64,000 bases of DNA from an uncultured Candidatus Saccharibacteria bacterium (GTDB taxonomy: Bacteria > Patescibacteriota > Minisyncoccia > Minisyncoccales > CAZVLR01), in NCBI GenBank assembly GCA_964628095.1, contig CAZVLR010000001.1:56777-120776 (forward strand), given 5' to 3'. The notes under the pieces were generated by a model. It ran no database searches, was not told where the DNA came from, and saw only the letters and a list, made by a program, of their open reading frames with translations. The position numbers and the translations under genes were made by a program. Shown here in pieces: positions 16,475 through 25,715 of this stretch. The first letter of the stretch is position 1. Every line of letters starts with the position of its first letter.

Positions 16475-19400
16475 TGGCGGAGCTGGAATTACGATTTGCC
16501 CTTTATTCTCGCCCATAACAACAAATAGGGTAAGATGATTTACTTGAGCAGATATTTCATTGGTATTGATGTTTAATTGAGAATCTAAAGGGATCCATTG
16601 CTTTGTCTGCTCATTAAAATAGTAGATTTTTAGAGTGCTTTCAATAAAATTTAACACGTCTGATTCCTGATAATGAATATATATGCTTATGGGCTTGGAA
16701 AAGCTGGTAATTTGTTGCCCCCCTGAAACGATTTGGTAGTTAGCAGACAGGCTTGGAACAATATTTAAAGCTTGGGGCAAAGAAGCGCTGTTTGTGATTT
16801 GACTTACTTGGTTTTGGTCTTTTGTTTGAATTTGGAAAGAATAAACACCTGCTAAGGTGTTTGGCTCAATCTGGGCGCTGACAAAGCTTTGGGAATTAAA
16901 ATATGAAGTAACCGTACCTGTTTGGGAAGGAGAAGCACCACCCGAAGCGCCGCCAGAGCCCTGGCTTGCAACGGTAAAAGTTATAATATAATCATTTGTG
17001 TTTGCGTTTGATAAAGAATCCGAGCAACGGACATAAAAGGTATGAGTTGCGGGACCTAGGCTTGTTAATGGTTGGCTGTGTAAGGTTGAGCCTGTGGTTG
17101 AGAATGTGCTGGTCATTAAAGCATAAGTGGTGCTAGCCGTTGTTGAATATCTACAGGTGGCTGCTTCGTCTGTGGCAACAGAAAGGGTTTGTGAGGTGCC
17201 AAAAGAGGATCCGGTGGGAGAGCCGGCTGAAAGGACAGGCGGAATAGAAACATAAAGTTCAAAAGTGGTAGTACTAGACGGAGTATTTGTGCGTGAGAAT
17301 GATAAATCCCCATTAGCATTGGCTGAATATTTTTGACTAAAAGAACTATCGATAAAAAGATCGTAATTAGAGCTGGAAGTTAAATCAGTAAAATTAAGAG
17401 TCAACTGGCTAAAACTTTGGGCTCTAACCTTGCTGTAGCTACTTCCTAATTCATCGGCGTAAACCGTAACCGGCGCCACGTCTGTGCTTGTAGCTTCAAT
17501 TTCTACCGTATTAATTTCGTCAAAATCCATGGCATAATTGGTGGAAACTTGGCTTCTGTTATTATGCAGCTTTTTACCGTAAACCCAAGCATTGTACCAA
17601 TTAGTAGCCATAATCCCACTGCCAGTTGCATTGGTATGCACCCCATCAAGCAATAAACCAGATTCGTCACTAGTATCTAAATCATAATCCCAACCGTCTT
17701 GTATAAAAGTATTCCAGTGGTCGGCAATAACCACATCTTCTTCCAAGGCCATAGTTCTTAATAAATCATTTAAATCGTCTGTAGAATCATAATCTGCCTG
17801 GGTTCTGCTGTTTACGCCCACAACAATGGGAGAAACTAAACCAAGAATTGGAGTAACGCCCATTGACTTTGCGTACTCTACCATTATTCTTAAATTATCC
17901 CGGGCCACTATTTCATTGGCGTCAGTGCCCAAATCATCAGTATCGTTAGTCCCTTCAAGGATAAAAACAGCTTCTGGAGCCGTTTCTAAAATAGAATTAA
18001 CCAAACGCAAGGCTGCGCTGGCAGAGGTTTCTCCACCCTCGCCCCCATCAACCATATCCGTGCTAGTTGCATAATAAGTTTCCAATTTTCCATCCAAGAG
18101 CACCCTGTAAGCTTCGTAGTTATTGCTGGCAACTCCGGCGGTCAAGGAATCGCCAAAAGCTAGAAATTTTTTGCTAACCGGTTTTATAACGGTTATGGTA
18201 GTTGTTCCACTTACGTTGCTGGAGCCATCAGTGGCTGCAATCTCAAAAACATTGGAACCGCTGGCTAAATTTCCGCTATAGCTCCAGGAGGTTGCCCCAG
18301 CCGTATAAGTTACTCCGGAAACAGAATTATTTACTTTTATGGTTTCGGTGCTGGCACTGGTTGTTCCAGACAGCGAGATAGTTGATTCAGTAGAGGAAAA
18401 ATTCTTTCCGACCCCATTACCGCCGTTGGTGGTAATTATCGGCCGGCTAATTGTATTTTCATATTCATACGCTCCGATATCATAAGCGTTGCCCGCACCC
18501 GCATCGGTCCGCAAGTTGCCGGCATAATCATCCGCCACATCCGCAATGGTCGCACCTGCGTCTATCATGGGGCTATCTTTTTGCAAAGTAAAATCGTATG
18601 CAGCTGCATTGGTAAATAGCGGATCAAGGCTCATATTGGTAGTGTCTATGGCTACTCCGTCTGCCTGATGGATATAACTGACATCTGTTGAATTTTGGTA
18701 TAAATTATTATTTTGAAAAATAACATTGCTGGTCCCCGCTAGATATACCCCATCAGCAACCGCCTCATTAAAAACATTATTTTTTATATCAATGTCATCG
18801 GCACTCGTATGTACCTTAAGCCCGTAGTAATTCTGGTAAAAAGTATTATTATAAACGTTTATTCCATTACCCTGTAAAACAAACAGTCCGCTCCTCATTG
18901 ACAAATAGGAGCTTTGAGTCCCATTTTTATAAAAAATATTGTTTAATATATTAAAAGTGCTTTCTGTGCTGTTGATATAAACGCCCGTTCTTTCATTATT
19001 GTTTAAAATGCTTTTTTCAACTTCATTAGTGCCTGTTGCAAAATAAATTCCGTTTTCAACACTATGATGCGAATGACTATTTATTATACTATTACTGCCC
19101 CCGGATACAAAAACACCTGTTATCCCATTGTCGTATATTTCGCAATTTTCAACGACAACGTTACTTCCCTGCAGATAAACGCTGTAAGCCACGGCGTTTC
19201 TTAATTTTAAATCTTTTAATTTTACATAACTTTTTGTGCTTGTAATGTTAACAACATAATTGGCACGATTGACCTCTATGGCATGGTCATCGGGATTAGT
19301 CCCGTCTGCCGTATGCACATATAAAAGATCGTTGGCAGCATCCAAATAATAGGTTGACGCACTCGCTTCAACTAAAGCAATAGAGGAAGTGGAAGTATAT

Positions 19401-19879
19401 CTTGTATAATTATCGTTTTGCCAAGCAAATGAAATGCTGGCAGCTGTTTCCGTCGCTTGATAAGTATTAGTTTTTCCATCGGTTAAAACAAACCCGGTTT
19501 TTAAAGTTCCGGCTGAAAGAATAACTTCTTCTCCGGTATAAGCCTGGTAAGTTATGTATCCTCCCGCTTCGCTTCCAGTATTCGTGAGAGATATTAAACT
19601 TCCTGTACCAGTGCCACTAACATATCTTCCCGCCCGGATATTTACCGTATCTCCTGCGGCTAAATTTGTGTTGGCCTTAGAAATACTGCACCAAGGCGTA
19701 GTAATAACTTGGGCCTGAGTCGTAGTGTAAGAATCGTTACAGGCGCCCCCCACGCTGTCAACGTCAACATAATAGGTTGTTGCTTGGGCAAAAGAAAAAC
19801 TTCCTAAAAATAGGATGGTTAAAAATAAAAAACAACTGAGAATAAAATACTTTCTTATTTTTCTTTTGGTATAAAACAT
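16256..19879 (-). CDS. Giant secreted protein: right-handed beta-helix, Ig-like, SGNH esterase, C-terminal peptidoglycan-binding domain
   Basis: Signal peptide ending AQA-TTYYVD; Asn-rich beta-helix repeats; SPMIDAG...DIGAYEY; FGDSL/GTND/DGVH; EVKKLQELLKKL...TRKAVIKFQ...GTVGPKTRAALN. Confidence 0.88.
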   Translation of the reverse strand: MFYTKRKIRKYFILSCFLFLTILFLGSFSFAQATTYYVDVDSVGGACNDSYTTTQAQVITTPWCSISKANTNLAAGDTVNIRAGRYVSGTGTGSLISLTNTGSEAGGYITYQAYTGEEVILSAGTLKTGFVLTDGKTNTYQATETAASISFAWQNDNYTRYTSTSSIALVEASASTYYLDAANDLLYVHTADGTNPDDHAIEVNRANYVVNITSTKSYVKLKDLKLRNAVAYSVYLQGSNVVVENCEIYDNGITGVFVSGGSNSIINSHSHHSVENGIYFATGTNEVEKSILNNNERTGVYINSTESTFNILNNIFYKNGTQSSYLSMRSGLFVLQGNGINVYNNTFYQNYYGLKVHTSADDIDIKNNVFNEAVADGVYLAGTSNVIFQNNNLYQNSTDVSYIHQADGVAIDTTNMSLDPLFTNAAAYDFTLQKDSPMIDAGATIADVADDYAGNLRTDAGAGNAYDIGAYEYENTISRPIITTNGGNGVGKNFSSTESTISLSGTTSASTETIKVNNSVSGVTYTAGATSWSYSGNLASGSNVFEIAATDGSSNVSGTTTITVIKPVSKKFLAFGDSLTAGVASNNYEAYRVLLDGKLETYYATSTDMVDGGEGGETSASAALRLVNSILETAPEAVFILEGTNDTDDLGTDANEIVARDNLRIMVEYAKSMGVTPILGLVSPIVVGVNSRTQADYDSTDDLNDLLRTMALEEDVVIADHWNTFIQDGWDYDLDTSDESGLLLDGVHTNATGSGIMATNWYNAWVYGKKLHNNRSQVSTNYAMDFDEINTVEIEATSTDVAPVTVYADELGSSYSKVRAQSFSQLTLNFTDLTSSSNYDLFIDSSFSQKYSANANGDLSFSRTNTPSSTTTFELYVSIPPVLSAGSPTGSSFGTSQTLSVATDEAATCRYSTTASTTYALMTSTFSTTGSTLHSQPLTSLGPATHTFYVRCSDSLSNANTNDYIITFTVASQGSGGASGGASPSQTGTVTSYFNSQSFVSAQIEPNTLAGVYSFQIQTKDQNQVSQITNSASLPQALNIVPSLSANYQIVSGGQQITSFSKPISIYIHYQESDVLNFIESTLKIYYFNEQTKQWIPLDSQLNINTNEISAQVNHLTLFVVMGENKGQIVIPAPPFKFTKYLYSDYQGPEVKKLQELLKKLKFYSGKIGGYYGVLTRKAVIKFQRANKISPVGTVGPKTRAALNKKL

Positions 19880-20000
19880 TAATTTTTTACTGACTGGTAC
19901 GGTTTAACAAAAAATAACCGGTCAAAATTCTTTTTAATAATTGTATCATAAAAAATACGTTTCTGCAAAAATTTAATCGGAGAATAATTATTTATTAATT

Positions 20001-20130
20001 ATGTTAATATTTAAAAATTTTAATCGTTCTAATCTTTTTTGGCTGGGTATCTGTATTAATATCTGCATATATTCTGTACATCCCCTTCTGGCACGCCCCC
20101 TGGAAACTTCTTCTTTCTCTCTTCTCTTAA
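20001..20130 (+). pseudogene. Frameshifted/deleted paralog of the 54-aa small membrane protein
   Basis: FFGWVSVLISAY-ILYIPFWHAPWKLLLSLFS* is retained but out of frame with ATG 20001 by one base. Confidence 0.55.
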
Positions 20131-20423
20131 CTTTTACCCCCCCCAATAACAAAAGGCTGTTGAAGCAATTTCAACAGCCTTTCTCTTTTAATGTTTGACT
20201 ATTGTTAGAGCTTTTTATTCAGCGCCGCCCGGGTTTTGGGCCCCACCGTCCCCACCGGGCTTATTTTATTAGCCCTTTGGAATTTAATTACCGCCTTCCG
20301 GGTTAAAACGCCGTAATACCCGCCAATCTTTCCTGAGTAGAATTTCAACTTTTTTAAGAGCTCTTGCAGTTTTTTAACCTCTGGACCCTGGTAGTCGGAA
20401 TAAAGGTACTTGGTAAATTTAAA
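20034..20423. repeat. Direct repeat copy 2 (48-bp internal deletion relative to copy 1)
   Basis: Offset to copy 1 changes from 3997 to 3949; copy 1 bases 16074-16121 are absent. Confidence 0.95.
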
Positions 20424-23339
20424 GGCGGACTCGGAAACTATGGCTGTTTTTTTCTCACCCATTAAAGCAAACAGGCTAAGATGATTTACACTGGCAGCAA
20501 CCTTGTTGTTAACCATATCTAAAAAGTTATTCAACAGGGCTTCCCATTTTTTATCTTGCTCATTGTACCAAAAAATCTTAAGCGTCTCTTCTTTGTAGTC
20601 TTGAACTTCTTGATCGGTATATTGAAAAGTAATCGTTAAGGGTTTTGAAAAAGAAGAAACTGCTATACCGTTGGAAGTTATCGAATAATCCGCCACCAGC
20701 TGCGAAACAATCTGAGTATTTGCACTGAGCATTGACGCATTGTTAGTTAACTGCTGAACCTGAGCAGAATCTTTAGGAACAATAGAAACTATAGCAGAAT
20801 TAATATTCTGAGCCGGAATCTCTATCTTGGTGAAACTTTGATTGGTAAAATTATATAAAGTGCTGGTTGGGCCATTAGAAGATACCGTGGTCGAACCATT
20901 GCCTGTTTCTGGCAAAACAATAGGCGGACTAAAGGTGGTTGCTGAGCCACCGCCACTGCAACCGCTGTTATTTTCAAAACTGGTAATGGTGGTAAAATCG
21001 CTCTCGAAAGCATCCCTATTTTTAGCTTTTACCCGAAAATTATAACTGGCTCCATCCCCGCAGCTAAGGCCCGAAGAAATCCAAGAAGTATCCGTTATCC
21101 AGCCAGAATTAGTGCCTTCGGTTATGTTTTCAACGTAATAATAGGTGCCGGCCGGGTTGGAATTGGCCGACCAAGAAACAGTGGCTCCGTGAGAGGCCGA
21201 GTTAGGGGTTACGGTGACGCTAGAGGGCGTATACACCCTCTCGGTAACCTCAAAGGTTTTGATGGAATATCCCCCGTTATAAGTAAAGGTAATTTGGCCG
21301 GAACCGTTGGAGAGATAATTTCCCAAACTAACACTGTCAACCAAAACCGTATAATAAGTATCTGCCCCAAGATCTCCAATCGTATGAACGGAAACAATAC
21401 TTGAGGTAGCACTGGTTTCAATCCATTTTTTATAATAAGTTGAAGAAGTGCTCCAATTTTTAACAGTAATATCCATCCAACTGCTATAATCGGCTAAGGG
21501 CCAGCCCGAGCTTGGAGCAATATTAAAATCAGCAACCGTGCTGGTAGCGCCAGTACCGGTGGCGCTGGTATAACGGAATTTACCATTAGAATATATTCTA
21601 AGAGGCGAAGAAACGTCAAAGTCGTTGGTGCCAGCAGTATACGGAGGCTGATATTCATAAGCGCCAATATCTGGGGTGCCGTAAATAGGGTTGCCGAGAT
21701 AATCAGCGGTTAAGCCCACATTGGTCCCTGCATCAATAGCCGGCGAAGTTGAAAGCAAGCTTAAAGAATTGGTCGAAGTGCTGGTATAATCGGGATCATC
21801 AATAATTGAATTGGTATCGTAGCCCAAAGCCTGCCAAGTCGCTACCAAACCGGCCTGGTGCCCGTCGGCATTTGCAAAAATATAGCCAGTATCTGTTTCT
21901 GAACCGTTCCAAAAAAGATTATAGTTGGAAACGTGATCAGTGCCAAGGTAAAAATCTACTGGGTGGGCTGAGGCATCCGTATATTCGATGGCATTATTTT
22001 TAATCCATGTTTCGTTGGTTGTCCAGCCGGCAACACTACTAGCCCCGTTAATAATTGAACTGCTGGTTCGATTCTGATAAAAAGAATTATTGTAAATAAT
22101 AGCGCTGTCTTGGCCCTTAGCCGCAATTACTACGCCCTGCTGATTAATAAAAATATTATTATAAATTCCGTATTGATGATTTAAATCAAGATTCAGCCCG
22201 GTTGAATCTTGGTCCCTAAGGCCCATGCCAATACCAAGACCGACAACCTTATTCCGATAAAAAGAAGTTGGGCAATCAAACTGGCCAGCATGATTGCTGT
22301 CATTTTCTGCGCCAAGATAACCGGTAAAAGTATTGTCGTAAACAAGAGCCGGAGAAGCCATATTCCAGGCGCCCAGAATAAGCGCTCCGCCGGCGGCAGA
22401 ATATCCGGTAACTGTAAAAGAATTATCGTAAACCGAAGCTGAAGTAACGGTTGGATAAGACGTACCATTAATTGTTATAATACCAGGCCCGTTATTATCT
22501 TTTGTAAAAATATTATCGTAAACTAAAATATTATCCCAATTAAGAGAATTGCATAAACCGCCGGCCCCGGAATTGGTCCAAATGTTATCGTGGATAATAA
22601 GATCAGAACCGGCCAAAACGGTTGTTCGGTAATTGTTATCTTCATATATTAATGGAGCCACAATATTATTAGAAGTATCGTTTATGTTTTTTATTTCCAA
22701 AGAGTTCAAGGCCGCCCTTATTTGAAAAATGCCATTATTGGCAGCTGTTTCAGCCCAATCATTTATCGTTAAATTATCCAATATAATGCTATAATTGGAA
22801 GAAGTCTGTGGAGAATAAAAAAATCTAGTTGTTGTAGCAAAGTCAGTTGAATTGTTTATGGTGCAGTCTTTAAAATTAATCGTGCCTCCGGATCCTGCTT
22901 CAAGGCTGGTAGTAAATACGTGAGTGATTGTCAGTCCGGCTACATCGGCATCAAATAAAATATCTTGAAAAGTAACGGTGTTTGAGCCGATCGAAGATAA
23001 ATCAACCGTAATAGCAATACTTAAACCATTTGAATTAATTTCTGCCCCGGCCCCATAAGCTATCCAAGTGCCGCCGTTTATAGTTACCAAAGAAGCCGGA
23101 CTAAAAGTGCCAGTAATATAAATAGTGTCACCATTGGTTGTTACTGCTCCGTCGGCATCCTCTAATTGATCAAAGGGGGCGGTAGCGCCAGAACACACTG
23201 AAGTGCTACCATCTCCTGGAGTGGCGCAAGTTGAATCAATATAAAATGTTGCCGCCTTGATTCTTTCAAAAGTAAAAAGACAGTTAAAAAATAATGCTAA
23301 TAAAAAAATAATTCTTAAATATTTAAATTTTAACCTCAT
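20205..23339 (-). CDS. Giant secreted beta-helix protein with FN3-like domain and C-terminal peptidoglycan-binding domain
   Basis: Signal peptide ending IKA-ATFYID; beta-helix repeats; SPAIDAG...PDIGAYEY; YNFRVKAKN; last 72 aa identical to the neighbouring gene. Confidence 0.88.
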   Translation of the reverse strand: MRLKFKYLRIIFLLALFFNCLFTFERIKAATFYIDSTCATPGDGSTSVCSGATAPFDQLEDADGAVTTNGDTIYITGTFSPASLVTINGGTWIAYGAGAEINSNGLSIAITVDLSSIGSNTVTFQDILFDADVAGLTITHVFTTSLEAGSGGTINFKDCTINNSTDFATTTRFFYSPQTSSNYSIILDNLTINDWAETAANNGIFQIRAALNSLEIKNINDTSNNIVAPLIYEDNNYRTTVLAGSDLIIHDNIWTNSGAGGLCNSLNWDNILVYDNIFTKDNNGPGIITINGTSYPTVTSASVYDNSFTVTGYSAAGGALILGAWNMASPALVYDNTFTGYLGAENDSNHAGQFDCPTSFYRNKVVGLGIGMGLRDQDSTGLNLDLNHQYGIYNNIFINQQGVVIAAKGQDSAIIYNNSFYQNRTSSSIINGASSVAGWTTNETWIKNNAIEYTDASAHPVDFYLGTDHVSNYNLFWNGSETDTGYIFANADGHQAGLVATWQALGYDTNSIIDDPDYTSTSTNSLSLLSTSPAIDAGTNVGLTADYLGNPIYGTPDIGAYEYQPPYTAGTNDFDVSSPLRIYSNGKFRYTSATGTGATSTVADFNIAPSSGWPLADYSSWMDITVKNWSTSSTYYKKWIETSATSSIVSVHTIGDLGADTYYTVLVDSVSLGNYLSNGSGQITFTYNGGYSIKTFEVTERVYTPSSVTVTPNSASHGATVSWSANSNPAGTYYYVENITEGTNSGWITDTSWISSGLSCGDGASYNFRVKAKNRDAFESDFTTITSFENNSGCSGGGSATTFSPPIVLPETGNGSTTVSSNGPTSTLYNFTNQSFTKIEIPAQNINSAIVSIVPKDSAQVQQLTNNASMLSANTQIVSQLVADYSITSNGIAVSSFSKPLTITFQYTDQEVQDYKEETLKIFWYNEQDKKWEALLNNFLDMVNNKVAASVNHLSLFALMGEKKTAIVSESAFKFTKYLYSDYQGPEVKKLQELLKKLKFYSGKIGGYYGVLTRKAVIKFQRANKISPVGTVGPKTRAALNKKL

Positions 23340-23436
23340 TATGTATATAATAACAAATTTTTAATCTTTTTAAAGAGTAAATTATTAACAGCGGGATAAA
23401 ATTTATCTATATATTAAAAAAGCACCTTAACTTCTA

Positions 23437-23476
23437 AAAAGGGCCCCGACATATTAATAATTGTCGGGGCCCTTTT
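23437..23476 (-). terminator. Intrinsic terminator after the anti-sigma gene
   Basis: AAAAGGGCCCCGACA...TGTCGGGGCCCTTTT inverted repeat. Confidence 0.85.
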
Positions 23477-23500
23477 CTTTAATCTTAAACAAATTAAGAG

Positions 23501-24700
23501 TTAGCTATTGTTTCTATTTCTTTGTATTCTGCTGGCGTTGCCTTCTTCTTTACCGTTCTCTTTGTTATTATTGTACTTATTATTCTCCTCGCCACTATTA
23601 CTATTATCACCTTCAAACCCTTGCTCTTGTATTTTTTCTTCAAAATGCTGAATTCTGTCATTTATAATCTCGATTTTTTCCAAATTAGTAATAATTTTAA
23701 TATTGGTTAGAGATTTGGCAAAAATAGCCAATCTCATAGCAACCTGGCTGGCCCTAAAAGAGTCTTCGTATTTGGATTCTTGATATAACTTTCTCGCCTC
23801 TTCTAGTTTATTTTTGGCTTCCTGCAATTTTAAATTGGCCTTTTCCAAAAGCGCCGGTTCAACCTTTTGCGCTTCTACCTCAATAAATTTTGCGGCTTGG
23901 TCAATTTTATTCTGAACCGAATCAATTTTATTTTGGGCGGCCACCTGAAGGGTCGAACTCGCCACTTCGTCTTTTTCATCTTCGTCTATTTCATCGCTTT
24001 CTGTTTCTTTTTCATCTTCTAAATCTTTAATTTTCTCTAAGGCATTATCGATTCTTTCTCGATTCTGCTCTTTTACCTTCTCGCGATTCTGCTCTAATTC
24101 CGCTTTGTAAACGCTGAGTGCGTTTAACAGTTCGGCGTTTGACTCTAGAGATTTAACCGTTTCTTTTTGCGCCCTGAGCTTTTGAGAATTCTCAGCTGCT
24201 TTTTCTATGTTTTTATTAAAATTATCCAGGGCTTTATCCATTTTTTCCGTTAATTCTCCGCTCGTTGCATTTTGGCTTGCTTCAATTAATTTGTTAATTT
24301 CCTCCATTCTCTTTTGGGCAAATTTAATCCTAAGTTGATTTTTGTTTTCCTCGTTAAAAGACAAAGACACCTGGGCATCTTCTGATAAAATTTTAACCGG
24401 GTACAAGATATCGCCGGGCAAGCTGCCCTGGGAAGCGGCAACAGTACCGACGGTTCCGCCGCCCAACAAAGCAATAATTAATAAAATAGGAATTATAGGC
24501 ATAGTTTTTATTTTAAATATATTAAATATGTTTGACCTTTCTTTGTTTAAAAGACGCTCCCTTTTAACTGCTTTTTCATCAAAAGGATGGCTTTCCATAT
24601 GCGTTACTAAGTTTTTGCGCAAATTAACAATAAAACTGCTCTCTGTTTTAGAGCTTTTTAAAAGTTTAAAGAGTTTTTTAATGTTAATTACCTTTTTCAT
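23501..24700 (-). CDS. Putative anti-sigma factor (DUF5667-like, single TM, coiled coil)
   Basis: Overlaps ECF sigma gene; TM helix then SLPGDILYPVK..E...KRMEE. Confidence 0.75.
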   Translation of the reverse strand: MKKVINIKKLFKLLKSSKTESSFIVNLRKNLVTHMESHPFDEKAVKRERLLNKERSNIFNIFKIKTMPIIPILLIIALLGGGTVGTVAASQGSLPGDILYPVKILSEDAQVSLSFNEENKNQLRIKFAQKRMEEINKLIEASQNATSGELTEKMDKALDNFNKNIEKAAENSQKLRAQKETVKSLESNAELLNALSVYKAELEQNREKVKEQNRERIDNALEKIKDLEDEKETESDEIDEDEKDEVASSTLQVAAQNKIDSVQNKIDQAAKFIEVEAQKVEPALLEKANLKLQEAKNKLEEARKLYQESKYEDSFRASQVAMRLAIFAKSLTNIKIITNLEKIEIINDRIQHFEEKIQEQGFEGDNSNSGEENNKYNNNKENGKEEGNASRIQRNRNNS

Positions 24701-25217
24701 TTATTTTTTTCTTTAAAAGTTTTACGGCCCGATGCGTTGTATTGTAAACGTATATTAAGCTTTTACCGGTTATCTCTTGCGTTTCTTTAATGGTTAAATC
24801 GTTAATATAGCGGCAGGTTAAAATATCCTTGTAATCCTGGGGCAAAGAATCGAATTCTTGCTTAATAAGGTTAAAATCAATAAGGGCTTCGGTGTTTTTT
24901 AAAAAAGCGTCTTTTAAGTCTTTTTGCTCTTTTAAATCTTCCAAAGGAATGGTTTTGTTCCTGGCTTTCTGGCGGTAATGATCAACAATTAAATTATGGG
25001 CGGTACGGTACAAAAAAGCCTTAAAGTTTTTAATCTTGTCCCCTGTTCTGATATAATTCCAGGTTCTGGTAAAAACCTCCGATGTCAGTTCTTCTGCTGT
25101 TTCTTTGCTGCTAACCCTAAAATAGATATGCTTTAAAATCTTTTCCGCATATTGGTCGTAAGCCAAAAGGAATTTTTTCTCCACTTCTTTTTTTATAATC
25201 GAGTTATCTTCCCACAT
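24684..25217 (-). CDS. ECF-type RNA polymerase sigma factor
   Basis: Region 2 AEELTSEVFTRTW, FLYRTAHNLIVDHYR; region 4 LPQDYKDILTCRY...HRAVKLLK. Confidence 0.92.
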   Translation of the reverse strand: MWEDNSIIKKEVEKKFLLAYDQYAEKILKHIYFRVSSKETAEELTSEVFTRTWNYIRTGDKIKNFKAFLYRTAHNLIVDHYRQKARNKTIPLEDLKEQKDLKDAFLKNTEALIDFNLIKQEFDSLPQDYKDILTCRYINDLTIKETQEITGKSLIYVYNTTHRAVKLLKKKINEKGN

Positions 25218-25225
25218 TGTATAAA

Positions 25226-25251
25226 GACGACGATAAATAAGAGATTTTTCA
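25226..25251 (-). promoter_or_regulatory. Putative ECF autoregulatory promoter
   Basis: Minus strand TGAAAA-16 nt-CGTC, ending 8 nt before the sigma ATG. Confidence 0.55.
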
Positions 25252-25623
25252 CTAATTAATTATCAAAAGAATCATTAAAAAGCCCAAGGCTATCCCTAAA
25301 ATAGACGTTAAAACATCATCGCGAGTAAAGCTTTTGTCTAATAATTCCTTGCCCAAAGATAAAACAATGCCGGCAACCAAAGCCGCCATCAATGCAAAAA
25401 CACCCGAGGCGCTTAAAAGGTATTTATATAAAGAAAAAATTGCGGCCATAAACAGAATAATGATTACTACCTTAAAAACATAGTGCCAGGGACGGCCCCA
25501 TTTAAAAAAGAAGTTAATGGGCGATGTTTGCTCGTGGATATAGCGATCGGGATCGCTTTTTAAAAACAGCCAACCACACAAAGCAATTAAAATTAAAATA
25601 ACGGATACAATAAGAATGAGCAT
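25252..25623 (-). CDS. Hypothetical membrane protein
   Basis: About 4 hydrophobic segments; GKELLD motif. Confidence 0.7.
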   Translation of the reverse strand: MLILIVSVILILIALCGWLFLKSDPDRYIHEQTSPINFFFKWGRPWHYVFKVVIIILFMAAIFSLYKYLLSASGVFALMAALVAGIVLSLGKELLDKSFTRDDVLTSILGIALGFLMILLIIN

Positions 25624-25641
25624 AATTTAAACTTTACAAAT

Positions 25642-25715
25642 TGGCTGCGGGGCTTGGATTCGAACCAAGATTGATGGCTTCAAAGGCCACTGTCCTACCA
25701 TTAGACGACCCCGCA
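25642..25715 (-). tRNA. tRNA-Gln(TTG)
   Basis: TGCGGGG/CCCCGCA acceptor stem, anticodon loop CT-TTG-AA, TTCGAAT T-loop, encoded CCA. Confidence 0.95.

Noticed and set aside
20001-20198. 65-aa ORF from the ORF track as a real gene
   Set aside because: It reads the duplicated small-gene remnant in the wrong frame and runs through the terminator.
16037-20423. Diversity-generating retroelement TR/VR pair
   Set aside because: The copies are identical over the coding part, with no adenine-specific mismatches, and there is no reverse transcriptase in the window.
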